Origin: Alphaproteobacteria bacterium
GTDB taxonomy: Bacteria > Pseudomonadota > Alphaproteobacteria > JAGOMX01
Assembly: GCA_049608925.1 (NCBI GenBank)
Contig: JBMYXZ010000001.1
Coordinates: forward strand, 1 to 47,037
Length of the DNA: 47,037 nt
Direction of reading: 5' to 3'
Below, in pieces: positions 1 to 7,352 of the stretch (within the stretch, counting starts at the first letter, position 1; every line of letters starts with the position of its first letter). The translations under genes were made by a program, and so were the position numbers. The notes below the pieces were generated by a model. It searched no databases, was not told where the DNA came from, and saw only the letters and a list, made by a program, of their open reading frames with translations.

Positions 1-2
1 AT

Positions 3-140
3 GTATATAATAATTCATCTGAAGCAAGAATAGAATTTGTAGTAGTAAAATCAAGAGATTTGGTATTGGATAAAGTTTATAATTATCCAAACCCATTTAC
101 AACTTACACAGAGTTTTGGTTTGAACATAATCCGGCATGA
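3..140 (+). CDS. 3' end of an ORF entering from the left edge; carries an 'NYPNPF' motif typical of T9SS / FlgD-Ig-like C-terminal sorting domains but stops 16 aa after it (possible truncated remnant)
   Basis: Frame 3 is open from nt 3 to TGA at 138-140 despite very AT-rich DNA. Translation: VYNNSSEARIEFVVVKSRDLVLDKVYNYPNPFTTYTEFWFEHNPA*. Not in the supplied ORF track because it is short and partial. Confidence 0.3.
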   Translation, partial: VYNNSSEARIEFVVVKSRDLVLDKVYNYPNPFTTYTEFWFEHNPA

Positions 141-220
141 CTGATCGTCAAAAAAATCAAAAAATTAATAATGAAGCGCAATTTACTACTCTAAATAAAA
201 TATGAAATAATTTATTAGAT

Positions 221-335
221 ATATAGCGCAAAAATAGATAATTAAAAGAAGAAAATTAAACTTTAAAATTGCCTTTTATTTAAATTTATTTAAACTTTTA
301 ATTACATCGAGTAATTTTTATTCATTTTTACTCAT
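221..335. repeat. Copy A of a diverged intergenic direct repeat (partner at 1594-1730)
   Basis: Hand alignment of 221-302 to 1594-1677 gives about 64/84 identities, including a shared GC island 'atatagcgc' and 'attaaaagaa'. Similarity seems to continue ('aattacatcgagtaattttta' vs 'atttacattgatatatttttta') after a roughly 19-nt indel. Confidence 0.6.
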
Positions 336-362
336 TTAACATTCCAAGCCCCCCGGAACATC

Positions 363-1553
363 TTAACTAAATAACTTCCGAGGCGATCCCACATGCCCTT
401 GGGATCTTACCTGATTTACCCCAGTGCCTATTGGATGATTCTCCTTGTTATCACCTGACGCCCTACGAGATTTTTTCTTCTCGGGACTGAAACCTGTTTT
501 TGGTGGTTTCTGAGCATGCTTACGCCCCGCCGTGGAAAATGCCCCCGTTATATCCCGCCTTACAGACAAAACCGCCCTTTTTCGTGGTGCTTCCGCATGC
601 CCTTGGGCCCTAATCTGATTTGCGCCTATATCTATTGGGCCATCCTCCCTGTTATCGCCAGCCTCTCTACGAGATTTTTTCTTCTTTGGGCTGAAGCCAG
701 TTGAGGATGGTTTTTGAGCATGTTTATGTCCAGACCTGGAAAGGTGCCCTTTCATGACTGCCTGAACGCTTGCTGAACATACATTGTGTCCCAATAGTCC
801 AAGGGCTTCTATCTCGTGTTGATCTGTAACAGTTTCAAGCAACTTTTTCGCTGCCTGCTTTAGCACCTCCCAATTTCCGCCAGCCTTTTTGACTTCCTCA
901 TACTTTTTGCCAAAGTACCGAACTGCCGCAACAGTTCCCATAGCCCGTAAGACTTTTTTCCTTATGTTATAGTATGCCTTTGTCCCTTCCTTAGATTTTA
1001 CAGGTTTATTTGGGTGATTGGCTTTTTCTACTGATATTGCTGTGCCAGAAACAACTGGCAGAGTATCGCCACACCATATCTTAGTATCTTCTAAATTCGA
1101 TCTGTGAAAAGGTTTTGGCAACATGATGATATGATCATCGTTTATATGGTGAAGCTCCATTTTTACAGAGTATTCTGACCATATAAATGTTTTTCCCTTC
1201 ATCATGTTAATAATTTGCACAATATCATTTGTGCGCGTGACTGCTTTCAGCCCAAACACTATTATGGTCATACGGTCTCCAGTTGTTTTAGCTTTGTAAG
1301 GACTCAGGTTTAATTTTTGGGAAGATGCCGGAAGATTGGCACACTCTTTGACCATGTCGCGATGCTGCAATTTCAAATACAACATGCTAGCAAGGCCTAA
1401 TTCCTCTGCTGCACGCTTAGATGCCTCAAATACATGCAGAAAGCCGTTTCTACTATCCCGCTCGATGTCAAATGCAGACTCTGGCAGATGACCTGAACAA
1501 AAAGACGCGTGACATATGGTCAAAAAAATCAGAAGATTTAAAAAAAATTGCAT
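363..1553 (-). CDS. Secreted hypothetical protein with two C-terminal basic 51-aa repeats
   Basis: 396-aa ORF with a hydrophobic N-terminus (MQFFLNLLIFLTICHASFCSG). The C-terminus has two repeat units: GHKHAQKPSSTGFSPKKKKSRREAGDNREDGPIDIGANQIRAQGHAEAPRK and GRKHAQKPPKTGFSPEKKKSRRASGDNKENHPIGTGVNQVRSQGHVGSPRK. No family recognised. Confidence 0.75.
   Translation of the reverse strand: MQFFLNLLIFLTICHASFCSGHLPESAFDIERDSRNGFLHVFEASKRAAEELGLASMLYLKLQHRDMVKECANLPASSQKLNLSPYKAKTTGDRMTIIVFGLKAVTRTNDIVQIINMMKGKTFIWSEYSVKMELHHINDDHIIMLPKPFHRSNLEDTKIWCGDTLPVVSGTAISVEKANHPNKPVKSKEGTKAYYNIRKKVLRAMGTVAAVRYFGKKYEEVKKAGGNWEVLKQAAKKLLETVTDQHEIEALGLLGHNVCSASVQAVMKGHLSRSGHKHAQKPSSTGFSPKKKKSRREAGDNREDGPIDIGANQIRAQGHAEAPRKRAVLSVRRDITGAFSTAGRKHAQKPPKTGFSPEKKKSRRASGDNKENHPIGTGVNQVRSQGHVGSPRKLFS
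366..731 (-). repeat. Two diverged in-frame coding repeats (about 366-527 and 579-731) separated by a 17-codon spacer
   Basis: The protein repeat is seen directly in the translation. At DNA level, 'ggtttctgagcatgcttacgcc' vs 'ggtttttgagcatgtttatgtcc' and 'cgagattttttcttct' occur in both units. Confidence 0.8.
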
Positions 1554-1593
1554 ACAATACTCGATATTTACAAAGGAAAATAAATTTATCGCA

Positions 1594-1730
1594 ATATAGC
1601 GCGCAAAAAGACGAGATTAAAAGAAATAAATATCACTTTAATATTGTATTTAATTTAAATTTGTATAAAATTTTATGCAATTTACTGTAAGCTTATATTT
1701 ACATTGATATATTTTTTATATTTGATAATC
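1594..1730. repeat. Copy B of the diverged intergenic direct repeat (partner at 221-335)
   Basis: See copy A. It lies in the AT-rich divergent promoter region between 363-1553 (-) and 1761-2333 (+). Confidence 0.6.
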
Positions 1731-1760
1731 TCTTCTTAAAGAGATCAGGGAAAATATTTT

Positions 1761-2333
1761 ATGCGCACAACCATTATTTACGGCTCTCACAGGGAAAATC
1801 GCTTGGGTATTAATGCTGTTATGTTTTTTCAAAAGCTTCTAACCACACGCGGTCAGCATGTTGATGTCATTGATAGCCTGCAAGAAAACCTGCCGGTTCT
1901 GGACAAACGCTATATGGACTATGAAGCAGGCAAAGCCCCAACCAATCTGGAAAGACTTGCTGAAATTTACCGCAAGAGTGACGGCTTCTTGGTGGTTGCC
2001 GGTGAATACAATCATACAATCCAACCAGGTCTGAAGAATCTTTTAGATTACTTCTACACAGAATATTTTCACCGCCCAGCCGGCATTGTGTCTTATAGTA
2101 TTGGCGATGGTGCTGGGCAACGTGCTGCGATGACGCTGCGCCCAAATCTTGCGGCCCTGGGAATGGTCACGATTCCCAAAATGTGTGCTATTGGCAAATT
2201 GGGAGATAAAATTGACGCTAATGGAAAACCTCTGACCGATTCAATGGCTAGCTTTGGGGAGAGATTCATTGACGAGTTTGAGTGGTATCAACGTGCATTA
2301 AAGAATGCACACAAAAGTGACCCTATGACTTAG
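1761..2333 (+). CDS. NAD(P)H-dependent FMN reductase family oxidoreductase
   Basis: 190 aa. N-terminal 'IIYGSHRENRLGINA' fits the GS-x-R-xx-S-x-N flavodoxin-like FMN reductase motif, and 'GFLVVAGEYNHTIQPGLKNLLDY' is typical of the family. Confidence 0.7.
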   Translation: MRTTIIYGSHRENRLGINAVMFFQKLLTTRGQHVDVIDSLQENLPVLDKRYMDYEAGKAPTNLERLAEIYRKSDGFLVVAGEYNHTIQPGLKNLLDYFYTEYFHRPAGIVSYSIGDGAGQRAAMTLRPNLAALGMVTIPKMCAIGKLGDKIDANGKPLTDSMASFGERFIDEFEWYQRALKNAHKSDPMT

Positions 2334-2607
2334 GCTCCTCATCAAACTTTCGCTCCAGCAGATCCTCTAAAGCATCCAGCAAAGGCTCGGCATCTTGCCC
2401 GCTTGCTGTTACACTAATCTTAGAGCCCTGATTGGCCGCTAGCATCATCAGCCCCATGATGGATTCCCCTGGGACGGTGATGCCTTCCTTTGTTACGTTA
2501 ACATCCGCTTGAAATTGCCCAACGATTTTCACAAACTTTGCAGCTGCACGCGCATGCAACCCTTTGCGATTCTGTAAGACCAGAACGCGGTCAATCGGTT
2601 GCATCAA
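2323..2607 (-). CDS. ptsH: HPr-family phosphocarrier protein
   Basis: 94 aa. The 'NRKGLHARAAAKFV' active-site His region and the 'GESIMGLMMLAA' Ser46-type region are both present. Confidence 0.85.
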   Translation of the reverse strand: MMQPIDRVLVLQNRKGLHARAAAKFVKIVGQFQADVNVTKEGITVPGESIMGLMMLAANQGSKISVTASGQDAEPLLDALEDLLERKFDEEPKS

Positions 2608-3005
2608 GCCCCCTCTAAAAGCTGCGAGGCCGCATTGATGTACTTTCTACCAGCTTCTTGAGCGTCATTGGCTGCTTGCTGTAAATCCGTTGAAGACCTG
2701 ATGCTAGCCAACTTAATTAAGACGGGCAAATTAACCCCAGCTATGACCTCGGTATTCTCGCGATTTAGCAAAGACATGGCCAAATTAGATGGCGTGCCTC
2801 CAAACATATCGCTAAGCACGATAACGCCATCGCCTGTATCCACGGCAGATACCGCTTCCATCAACTCTGTACGGCGCGCTTCAAGATCGTCCTCGGGCTC
2901 AATACCAATGCTGATGATTTGTTCTTGAGCACCAATCACATGCTCCAAAGCTTTCTCGAATTCTTTTGCCAACCCACCGTGGGTTAAAATGATGATACCA
3001 ATCAT
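2604..3005 (-). CDS. PTS EIIA component, mannose/fructose family (regulatory PTS of alphaproteobacteria)
   Basis: 133 aa. Has 'MIGIIILTHGGLAKEF' with the phosphorylatable His, and 'VLSDMFGGTPSN'. Overlaps ptsH by 4 nt. Confidence 0.85.
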   Translation of the reverse strand: MIGIIILTHGGLAKEFEKALEHVIGAQEQIISIGIEPEDDLEARRTELMEAVSAVDTGDGVIVLSDMFGGTPSNLAMSLLNRENTEVIAGVNLPVLIKLASIRSSTDLQQAANDAQEAGRKYINAASQLLEGA

Positions 3006-3008
3006 GTA

Positions 3009-3578
3009 CTAGTCTCCCTGTCCATTTATACCAGCTTCTTGCTGCCATGATCTTTTGCGCTCTAGATAAAACAATATAATCCCGATGATAGCAACAGTGA
3101 TCGTTACAGTGATCGCGTAAGAAAGCGGAATAATATCAAACAGTTGGATTTTATCAAATCCTTCATACAAAAACCTGTCTTGTATGGTTGGATAGCTAAG
3201 ACTATATAGAAATGCACCGGCGATTCCACCAGCCAGCACAGCCCAAGCGTCTTTATATCCTGCCCCGATTTGGGCAAATACTGTCAGAGGACCAGCCCCA
3301 GCGATAGCAAATCCTATACCGAAAATCGCCCCGCCGAAGACATTAACCACAGGAAATGTAGAAGTAATATACAGCCCAATCATATCTAATTCACGCATGA
3401 CATAAAACGCAATGGACCCAACCGCTATGGCTGTCAGAAACACTTTTACAAACAGATGGTTGCTAAACTGCAGCTGGCGCTGGATGATTATAGGCTCAAA
3501 TACCCTTGATTTTTCCAAGGCTACGCCCAGGATGCTTCCTACCATAAAACCCAGGACGACCATATCAATGATTTCCAT
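3009..3578 (-). CDS. YeeE/YedE family sulfur-compound transport membrane protein (second of a pair)
   Basis: Polytopic membrane protein with Gly-rich TM segments (GGAIFGIGFAIAGAGP). Start trimmed to MEIIDMVVLGF at 3578, which is preceded by an AGGAG and sits 2 nt after the upstream stop. The 281-aa track ORF has an implausible Cys/Trp-rich extension. Confidence 0.75.
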   Translation of the reverse strand: MEIIDMVVLGFMVGSILGVALEKSRVFEPIIIQRQLQFSNHLFVKVFLTAIAVGSIAFYVMRELDMIGLYITSTFPVVNVFGGAIFGIGFAIAGAGPLTVFAQIGAGYKDAWAVLAGGIAGAFLYSLSYPTIQDRFLYEGFDKIQLFDIIPLSYAITVTITVAIIGIILFYLERKRSWQQEAGINGQGD

Positions 3579-3580
3579 GT

Positions 3581-4066
3581 TTATCTCCTGTGCAAGTGTC
3601 TGGCTGTGAAGTTTGCGAACGTTACAAAGAAGACTGCAAAAAATATCGCCGCAACATTGAACTGGGCAAGGCCACTTAGTAAATGTCCAGCTGTGCAGCC
3701 GTGGGCAAGCCTTGCACCAAAGACCATAATCATGCCGCCAATAAAGGCTTTGATATATGTCCTGCCTGGTGCTGAGCCCTCTCGTTGCATGTGCGACAAG
3801 CGTGCAGACAAAAAAGCCCCAGCGGTAATGCCCAGGGCTAGGGCTAGTCGCCAATCAAGTGAGGGGCTGGAAATATATTTGCGGACGTTTAGTGAATCGA
3901 CAAGGCTGGGAGAAAACAGCTCGGTCAGGTTTGAAGAAAACCACATAAATGCAGAAGAAATCCCTAGGCTTTGATCTGCCAGCAATACACCCGGGATATG
4001 CAATAACCCCAGTATAATACCAACCAGATATGGTGACCATGATGGCTTTCTCAGACCTATTCGCAT
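3581..4066 (-). CDS. YeeE/YedE family sulfur-compound transport membrane protein (first of a pair)
   Basis: 161 aa. 'GGMIMVFGARLAHGCTAGH' is the conserved Cys-containing motif of the family. Confidence 0.75.
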   Translation of the reverse strand: MRIGLRKPSWSPYLVGIILGLLHIPGVLLADQSLGISSAFMWFSSNLTELFSPSLVDSLNVRKYISSPSLDWRLALALGITAGAFLSARLSHMQREGSAPGRTYIKAFIGGMIMVFGARLAHGCTAGHLLSGLAQFNVAAIFFAVFFVTFANFTARHLHRR

Positions 4067-4091
4067 GCTACCTCCCCGTCAAAAAACGCCC

Positions 4092-4853
4092 CTATTGATT
4101 GGATTGTGTGAATATCTCGTAGCCGTCTTTTGTCACACCAATTGTATGTTCGTACTGTGCAGACAAAGACTTGTCTCGTGTAACCACCGTCCAGTCATCG
4201 GACAAGACCTTGGTGTCATAGCTTCCCGCGTTGATCATCGGCTCAACTGTGAAGAACATTCCCTCTTCCATAGTAGGCCCAGTGCCAGGCTTGCCATAAT
4301 GCAGCACATTCGGGGCATCATGAAAAACTTGTCCAATGCCGTGCCCACAATAGTCTCTAACCACAGAATAATTCTTGGCTTCTGCAAAGCTTTGTATCGC
4401 ATGGCCAATATCTCCAAAGGTAGCGCCGGGGCGCACCATTTCGATACCGCGCATCATCGATTCATATGCGGCCTCGACCAGCTTGCGTGCCTTAACACCT
4501 ACTTTGCCGACCATATACATGCGGCTGGTATCACCATGCCAACCGTCCACAATTGTTGTCACATCAATGTTGACGATATCGCCTGACTTCAAAACCTTGG
4601 TGTCTGACGGAATCCCATGACACACGACATGATTTACTGACGTGCAAATAGACTTTGGAAAGCCGTTATAGCCCAAGCAAGCAGGAATAGCTTTGTTTGC
4701 CAGAATGAATTCATGGCAAATTGCATCAAGTTCGTCAGTTGTGACACCTGGTTGAACGTGAGGCGTAATATGATCAAGCGTCATTGCCGCAATGCGTCCT
4801 GCTGCACGCATTTTTTCGAATGCTTCGGGGGGGTGAATCTTAATTGTCTGCAT
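4092..4853 (-). CDS. map: Type I methionine aminopeptidase
   Basis: Contains 'GYNGFPKSICTSVNHVVCHGIP', 'DIVNIDVT', 'GHGIG' and 'FTVEPM'. Start trimmed to MQTIKIHPPEAFEKMR at 4853. Confidence 0.93.
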   Translation of the reverse strand: MQTIKIHPPEAFEKMRAAGRIAAMTLDHITPHVQPGVTTDELDAICHEFILANKAIPACLGYNGFPKSICTSVNHVVCHGIPSDTKVLKSGDIVNIDVTTIVDGWHGDTSRMYMVGKVGVKARKLVEAAYESMMRGIEMVRPGATFGDIGHAIQSFAEAKNYSVVRDYCGHGIGQVFHDAPNVLHYGKPGTGPTMEEGMFFTVEPMINAGSYDTKVLSDDWTVVTRDKSLSAQYEHTIGVTKDGYEIFTQSNQ

Positions 4854-5553
4854 AGGGTAAAGGAGCCTTAATCGAAATACCATCTTGTGTAACCTGGCAA
4901 TAGTAACACAATTTTTCAACACCTGCAGCAAAAGCCTTTTGTGCCTCGTATGCATAATTTGGATCAATATCTTCTGCCAACTTGAAAGCCTCGCAATCGG
5001 CTCTTTGCACAACGTACAGCATCACAGCGCGATGACCTTCTTTGACCATGTCAGTGAGTTCTCTCAGATGCTTCGCCCCTCTTGCCGTGACCGAGTCTGG
5101 GAATTCTGCCAAGTTCCCGCGGCGCAGATGAACATTTTTGATCTCCACATAACAGTCAGGAAGACCTTCTTCGGATAACAGCACATCGATGCGCGAATTT
5201 TGGCCATATTTTACCTCGCGACGATAAGCGTTATAAGCAGCAAGTTCTTTAATGACTTTACCTTTTAAGGCTTCTTCGACCAGATGATTGGGAAGATTGG
5301 TGTTGATTCCAACCATTGCGCCATCGCAATCAATTAGCTCCCATGTATAGCGTAACTTGCGCGGAGAGTCTTTTGGCACCGGAGACAGCCAAACCGTGCT
5401 ATCGGGATCCTTTAATCCCAGCATCGAACCTGGGTTTGCGCAGTGCGCCGTAACCGTAGATCCATCTTCCAGCTGAACATCCGCCAGAAATCTTTTGTAT
5501 CTTTTCAACAATTTTCCTTTGACTAAGGAATTAGAAAACTTCATATGATACAC
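4840..5553 (-). CDS. sfsA: SfsA family DNA/RNA nuclease (sugar fermentation stimulation protein)
   Basis: Contains 'LLKRYKRFLADV', 'AHCANPGSM' and 'VEIKNVHL'. An alternative start, MKFSN, lies at 5544. Confidence 0.9.
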   Translation of the reverse strand: MYHMKFSNSLVKGKLLKRYKRFLADVQLEDGSTVTAHCANPGSMLGLKDPDSTVWLSPVPKDSPRKLRYTWELIDCDGAMVGINTNLPNHLVEEALKGKVIKELAAYNAYRREVKYGQNSRIDVLLSEEGLPDCYVEIKNVHLRRGNLAEFPDSVTARGAKHLRELTDMVKEGHRAVMLYVVQRADCEAFKLAEDIDPNYAYEAQKAFAAGVEKLCYYCQVTQDGISIKAPLPYADN

Positions 5554-5585
5554 TTTAGGTAAAGTAAGAATGGGCGCACTGTATC

Positions 5586-6359
5586 ATGAAAGATCCACAC
5601 ATAAAAGATCCCACCGCCGCGATTATCATTATCGGCAACGAGATTTTATCAGGCAGAACACGCGATGCAAACATCCAGTTCCTGGGAACTAGGCTGTGTG
5701 AATTAGGCGTAGAGTTATCCGAAGTGCGCATTATCCCTGACATAGAACAGACTATTATCGACACTGTGTTAGAACTTAGCGGCAAATACACCCACGTCTT
5801 TACAACCGGCGGTATCGGGCCCACCCATGATGATATAACCAGTGAATCCATCGGCAATGCCTTTGGCTGCACCATGCACTTTCACCCAGAAGCAATGGAA
5901 TGCCTTAAGCAGCGATATAATAACGAGCTGACAGAAGGGCGTAAGAAAATGGCATGGATTCCCGAAGGGGCGGATCTGATCAAAAACCCCGTGAGCCAAG
6001 CACCCGGATTCGTGCTGAATAATGTTTTTGTGTTTGCTGGCGTGCCAGAGATAATGCAAGCCATGTTTGACCAAATTGTGCCGCAGATTGCGACTGGTGA
6101 CCCGATCATATCCGAGACCATAAGCTGCCCTAAATTACCGGAAAGCGCCATTGCCGAGGGCCTAGGCAAAATTCAGCATGCGTGCCCGGAAGTTGACATC
6201 GGCAGCTACCCTTTCTGGAATCTGAAAGGCGAATTTGGCGTCAGTGTGGTGATAAAAGGGCGTGATAAAACTTACATTTGCAAAGCTGTTGATATGGTGC
6301 TTGAACTGGTGCACCAACTGGGTGCTGTCCCTATCCAACAGCCGGCTGCAGCGTGTTAA
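5586..6359 (+). CDS. CinA-like molybdopterin-binding (MoCF biosynthesis domain) protein
   Basis: Contains 'AAIIIIGNEILSGRTRDANIQFL' and 'VFTTGGIGPTHDDIT'. Confidence 0.8.
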   Translation: MKDPHIKDPTAAIIIIGNEILSGRTRDANIQFLGTRLCELGVELSEVRIIPDIEQTIIDTVLELSGKYTHVFTTGGIGPTHDDITSESIGNAFGCTMHFHPEAMECLKQRYNNELTEGRKKMAWIPEGADLIKNPVSQAPGFVLNNVFVFAGVPEIMQAMFDQIVPQIATGDPIISETISCPKLPESAIAEGLGKIQHACPEVDIGSYPFWNLKGEFGVSVVIKGRDKTYICKAVDMVLELVHQLGAVPIQQPAAAC

Positions 6360-6375
6360 AAAAGTGACACTTGTC

Positions 6376-6421
6376 TAGAGGGAAATATTGTTTTGAAAAT
6401 CCCTCTATAGGATTTTTTTTT
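6376..6421 (+). terminator. Probable intrinsic terminator after the cinA-like gene
   Basis: Stem 'tagaggg' (6376-6382) pairs with 'ccctcta' (6401-6407), followed by 'taggattttttttt', which carries a T9 run (6413-6421). Confidence 0.55.
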
Positions 6422-6460
6422 GGTGCTATAGTGTAAACAAGATCAGGAAATGAGAGAATC

Positions 6461-7294
6461 ATGTTAAAGCGCATACTTGTTGTATTAGATGGATCCAAAG
6501 CCGCAGCGGCTGCTAAGCTTTATGCCGTAGAGCTAGCGCAAGCAACCGATTCCGCCCTGACGGGTGTGGGCGTTATTGACACGCCATGGATCACCGCCGC
6601 CCAGCCAGAACCATTAGGTGGCGCTGCCTTTAAGATCCATCGCGACAAGGTTGTCATTCGCCAGACACACGAACGCATCCAAAAGATGCTGGATGGATTT
6701 ATGGGCATCTGTAAAGAAAACGATGTTGCCTGCCAGGTGTCCGAGCTCGAAGGATTTCCAGCAACCGAGATCGAAAACATGTCGGAAGAAAACGACATGA
6801 TCGTCATCGGTAAAACCACTGATTTCCACTTTGATCTAGATGACGACAGCGACTTGACCGTCAAACACATCATCAGAGACAACCCACGCCCTATCATAGT
6901 GGTAACCGGCCCCAGCAAGGCCGAGGGAGACGTCTTGATCGCCTATGACGGCAGCTTACAAGCCGCACGCGCCTTGCACATGTTCTTGTTACTTGGGCTA
7001 GCCAAAGGGCGTAAAGTACATGCCATCAGCATTGCCCCACGCCAAAAAGAAGCCAACCTTATTGTCATGCGCGCTCGAAATATGTGCGAGCTTCACGGGG
7101 TAGAAGTCGTTGCTGAAGGCATTGTTTCTTCCCGCGCACCCGAAAACACCATTCAGAAAAAAGCTAAAGAAATTGGCGCCAGCGTGATCATCATGGGCGC
7201 TTTTGGCCATCATGGCTTGCGAGAGCTATTCTTTGGTTCAACAACCGAACATATGATGAAGCATTCAGAAGTCCCATTGTTTATTCACCATTGA
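6461..7294 (+). CDS. Universal stress protein, tandem Usp domains
   Basis: 277 aa with two Usp-like halves: 'ILVVLDGS' and 'VLIAYDGS', then '...IIMGAFGHHGLRELFFGSTTEHMMKHSEVPLFI'. Confidence 0.8.
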   Translation: MLKRILVVLDGSKAAAAAKLYAVELAQATDSALTGVGVIDTPWITAAQPEPLGGAAFKIHRDKVVIRQTHERIQKMLDGFMGICKENDVACQVSELEGFPATEIENMSEENDMIVIGKTTDFHFDLDDDSDLTVKHIIRDNPRPIIVVTGPSKAEGDVLIAYDGSLQAARALHMFLLLGLAKGRKVHAISIAPRQKEANLIVMRARNMCELHGVEVVAEGIVSSRAPENTIQKKAKEIGASVIIMGAFGHHGLRELFFGSTTEHMMKHSEVPLFIHH

Positions 7295-7352
7295 TGCAGT
7301 CAAACGTCAAGGTACATACGTAAAAACTTTCTGTAATCATGGTGGAGTTATT

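Noticed and set aside
141-362. Possible small RNA or tRNA genes in the larger spacers: 141-362, 1554-1760, 11173-11325, 12370-12507, 15079-15295 and 23977-24119.
   Set aside because: No cloverleaf-compatible arms, GTTC-type T-loops or extended conserved stems were visible. The spacers are AT-rich and look like promoter regions. A covariance-model scan (tRNAscan-SE, Infernal/Rfam) would be needed to exclude small RNAs formally.
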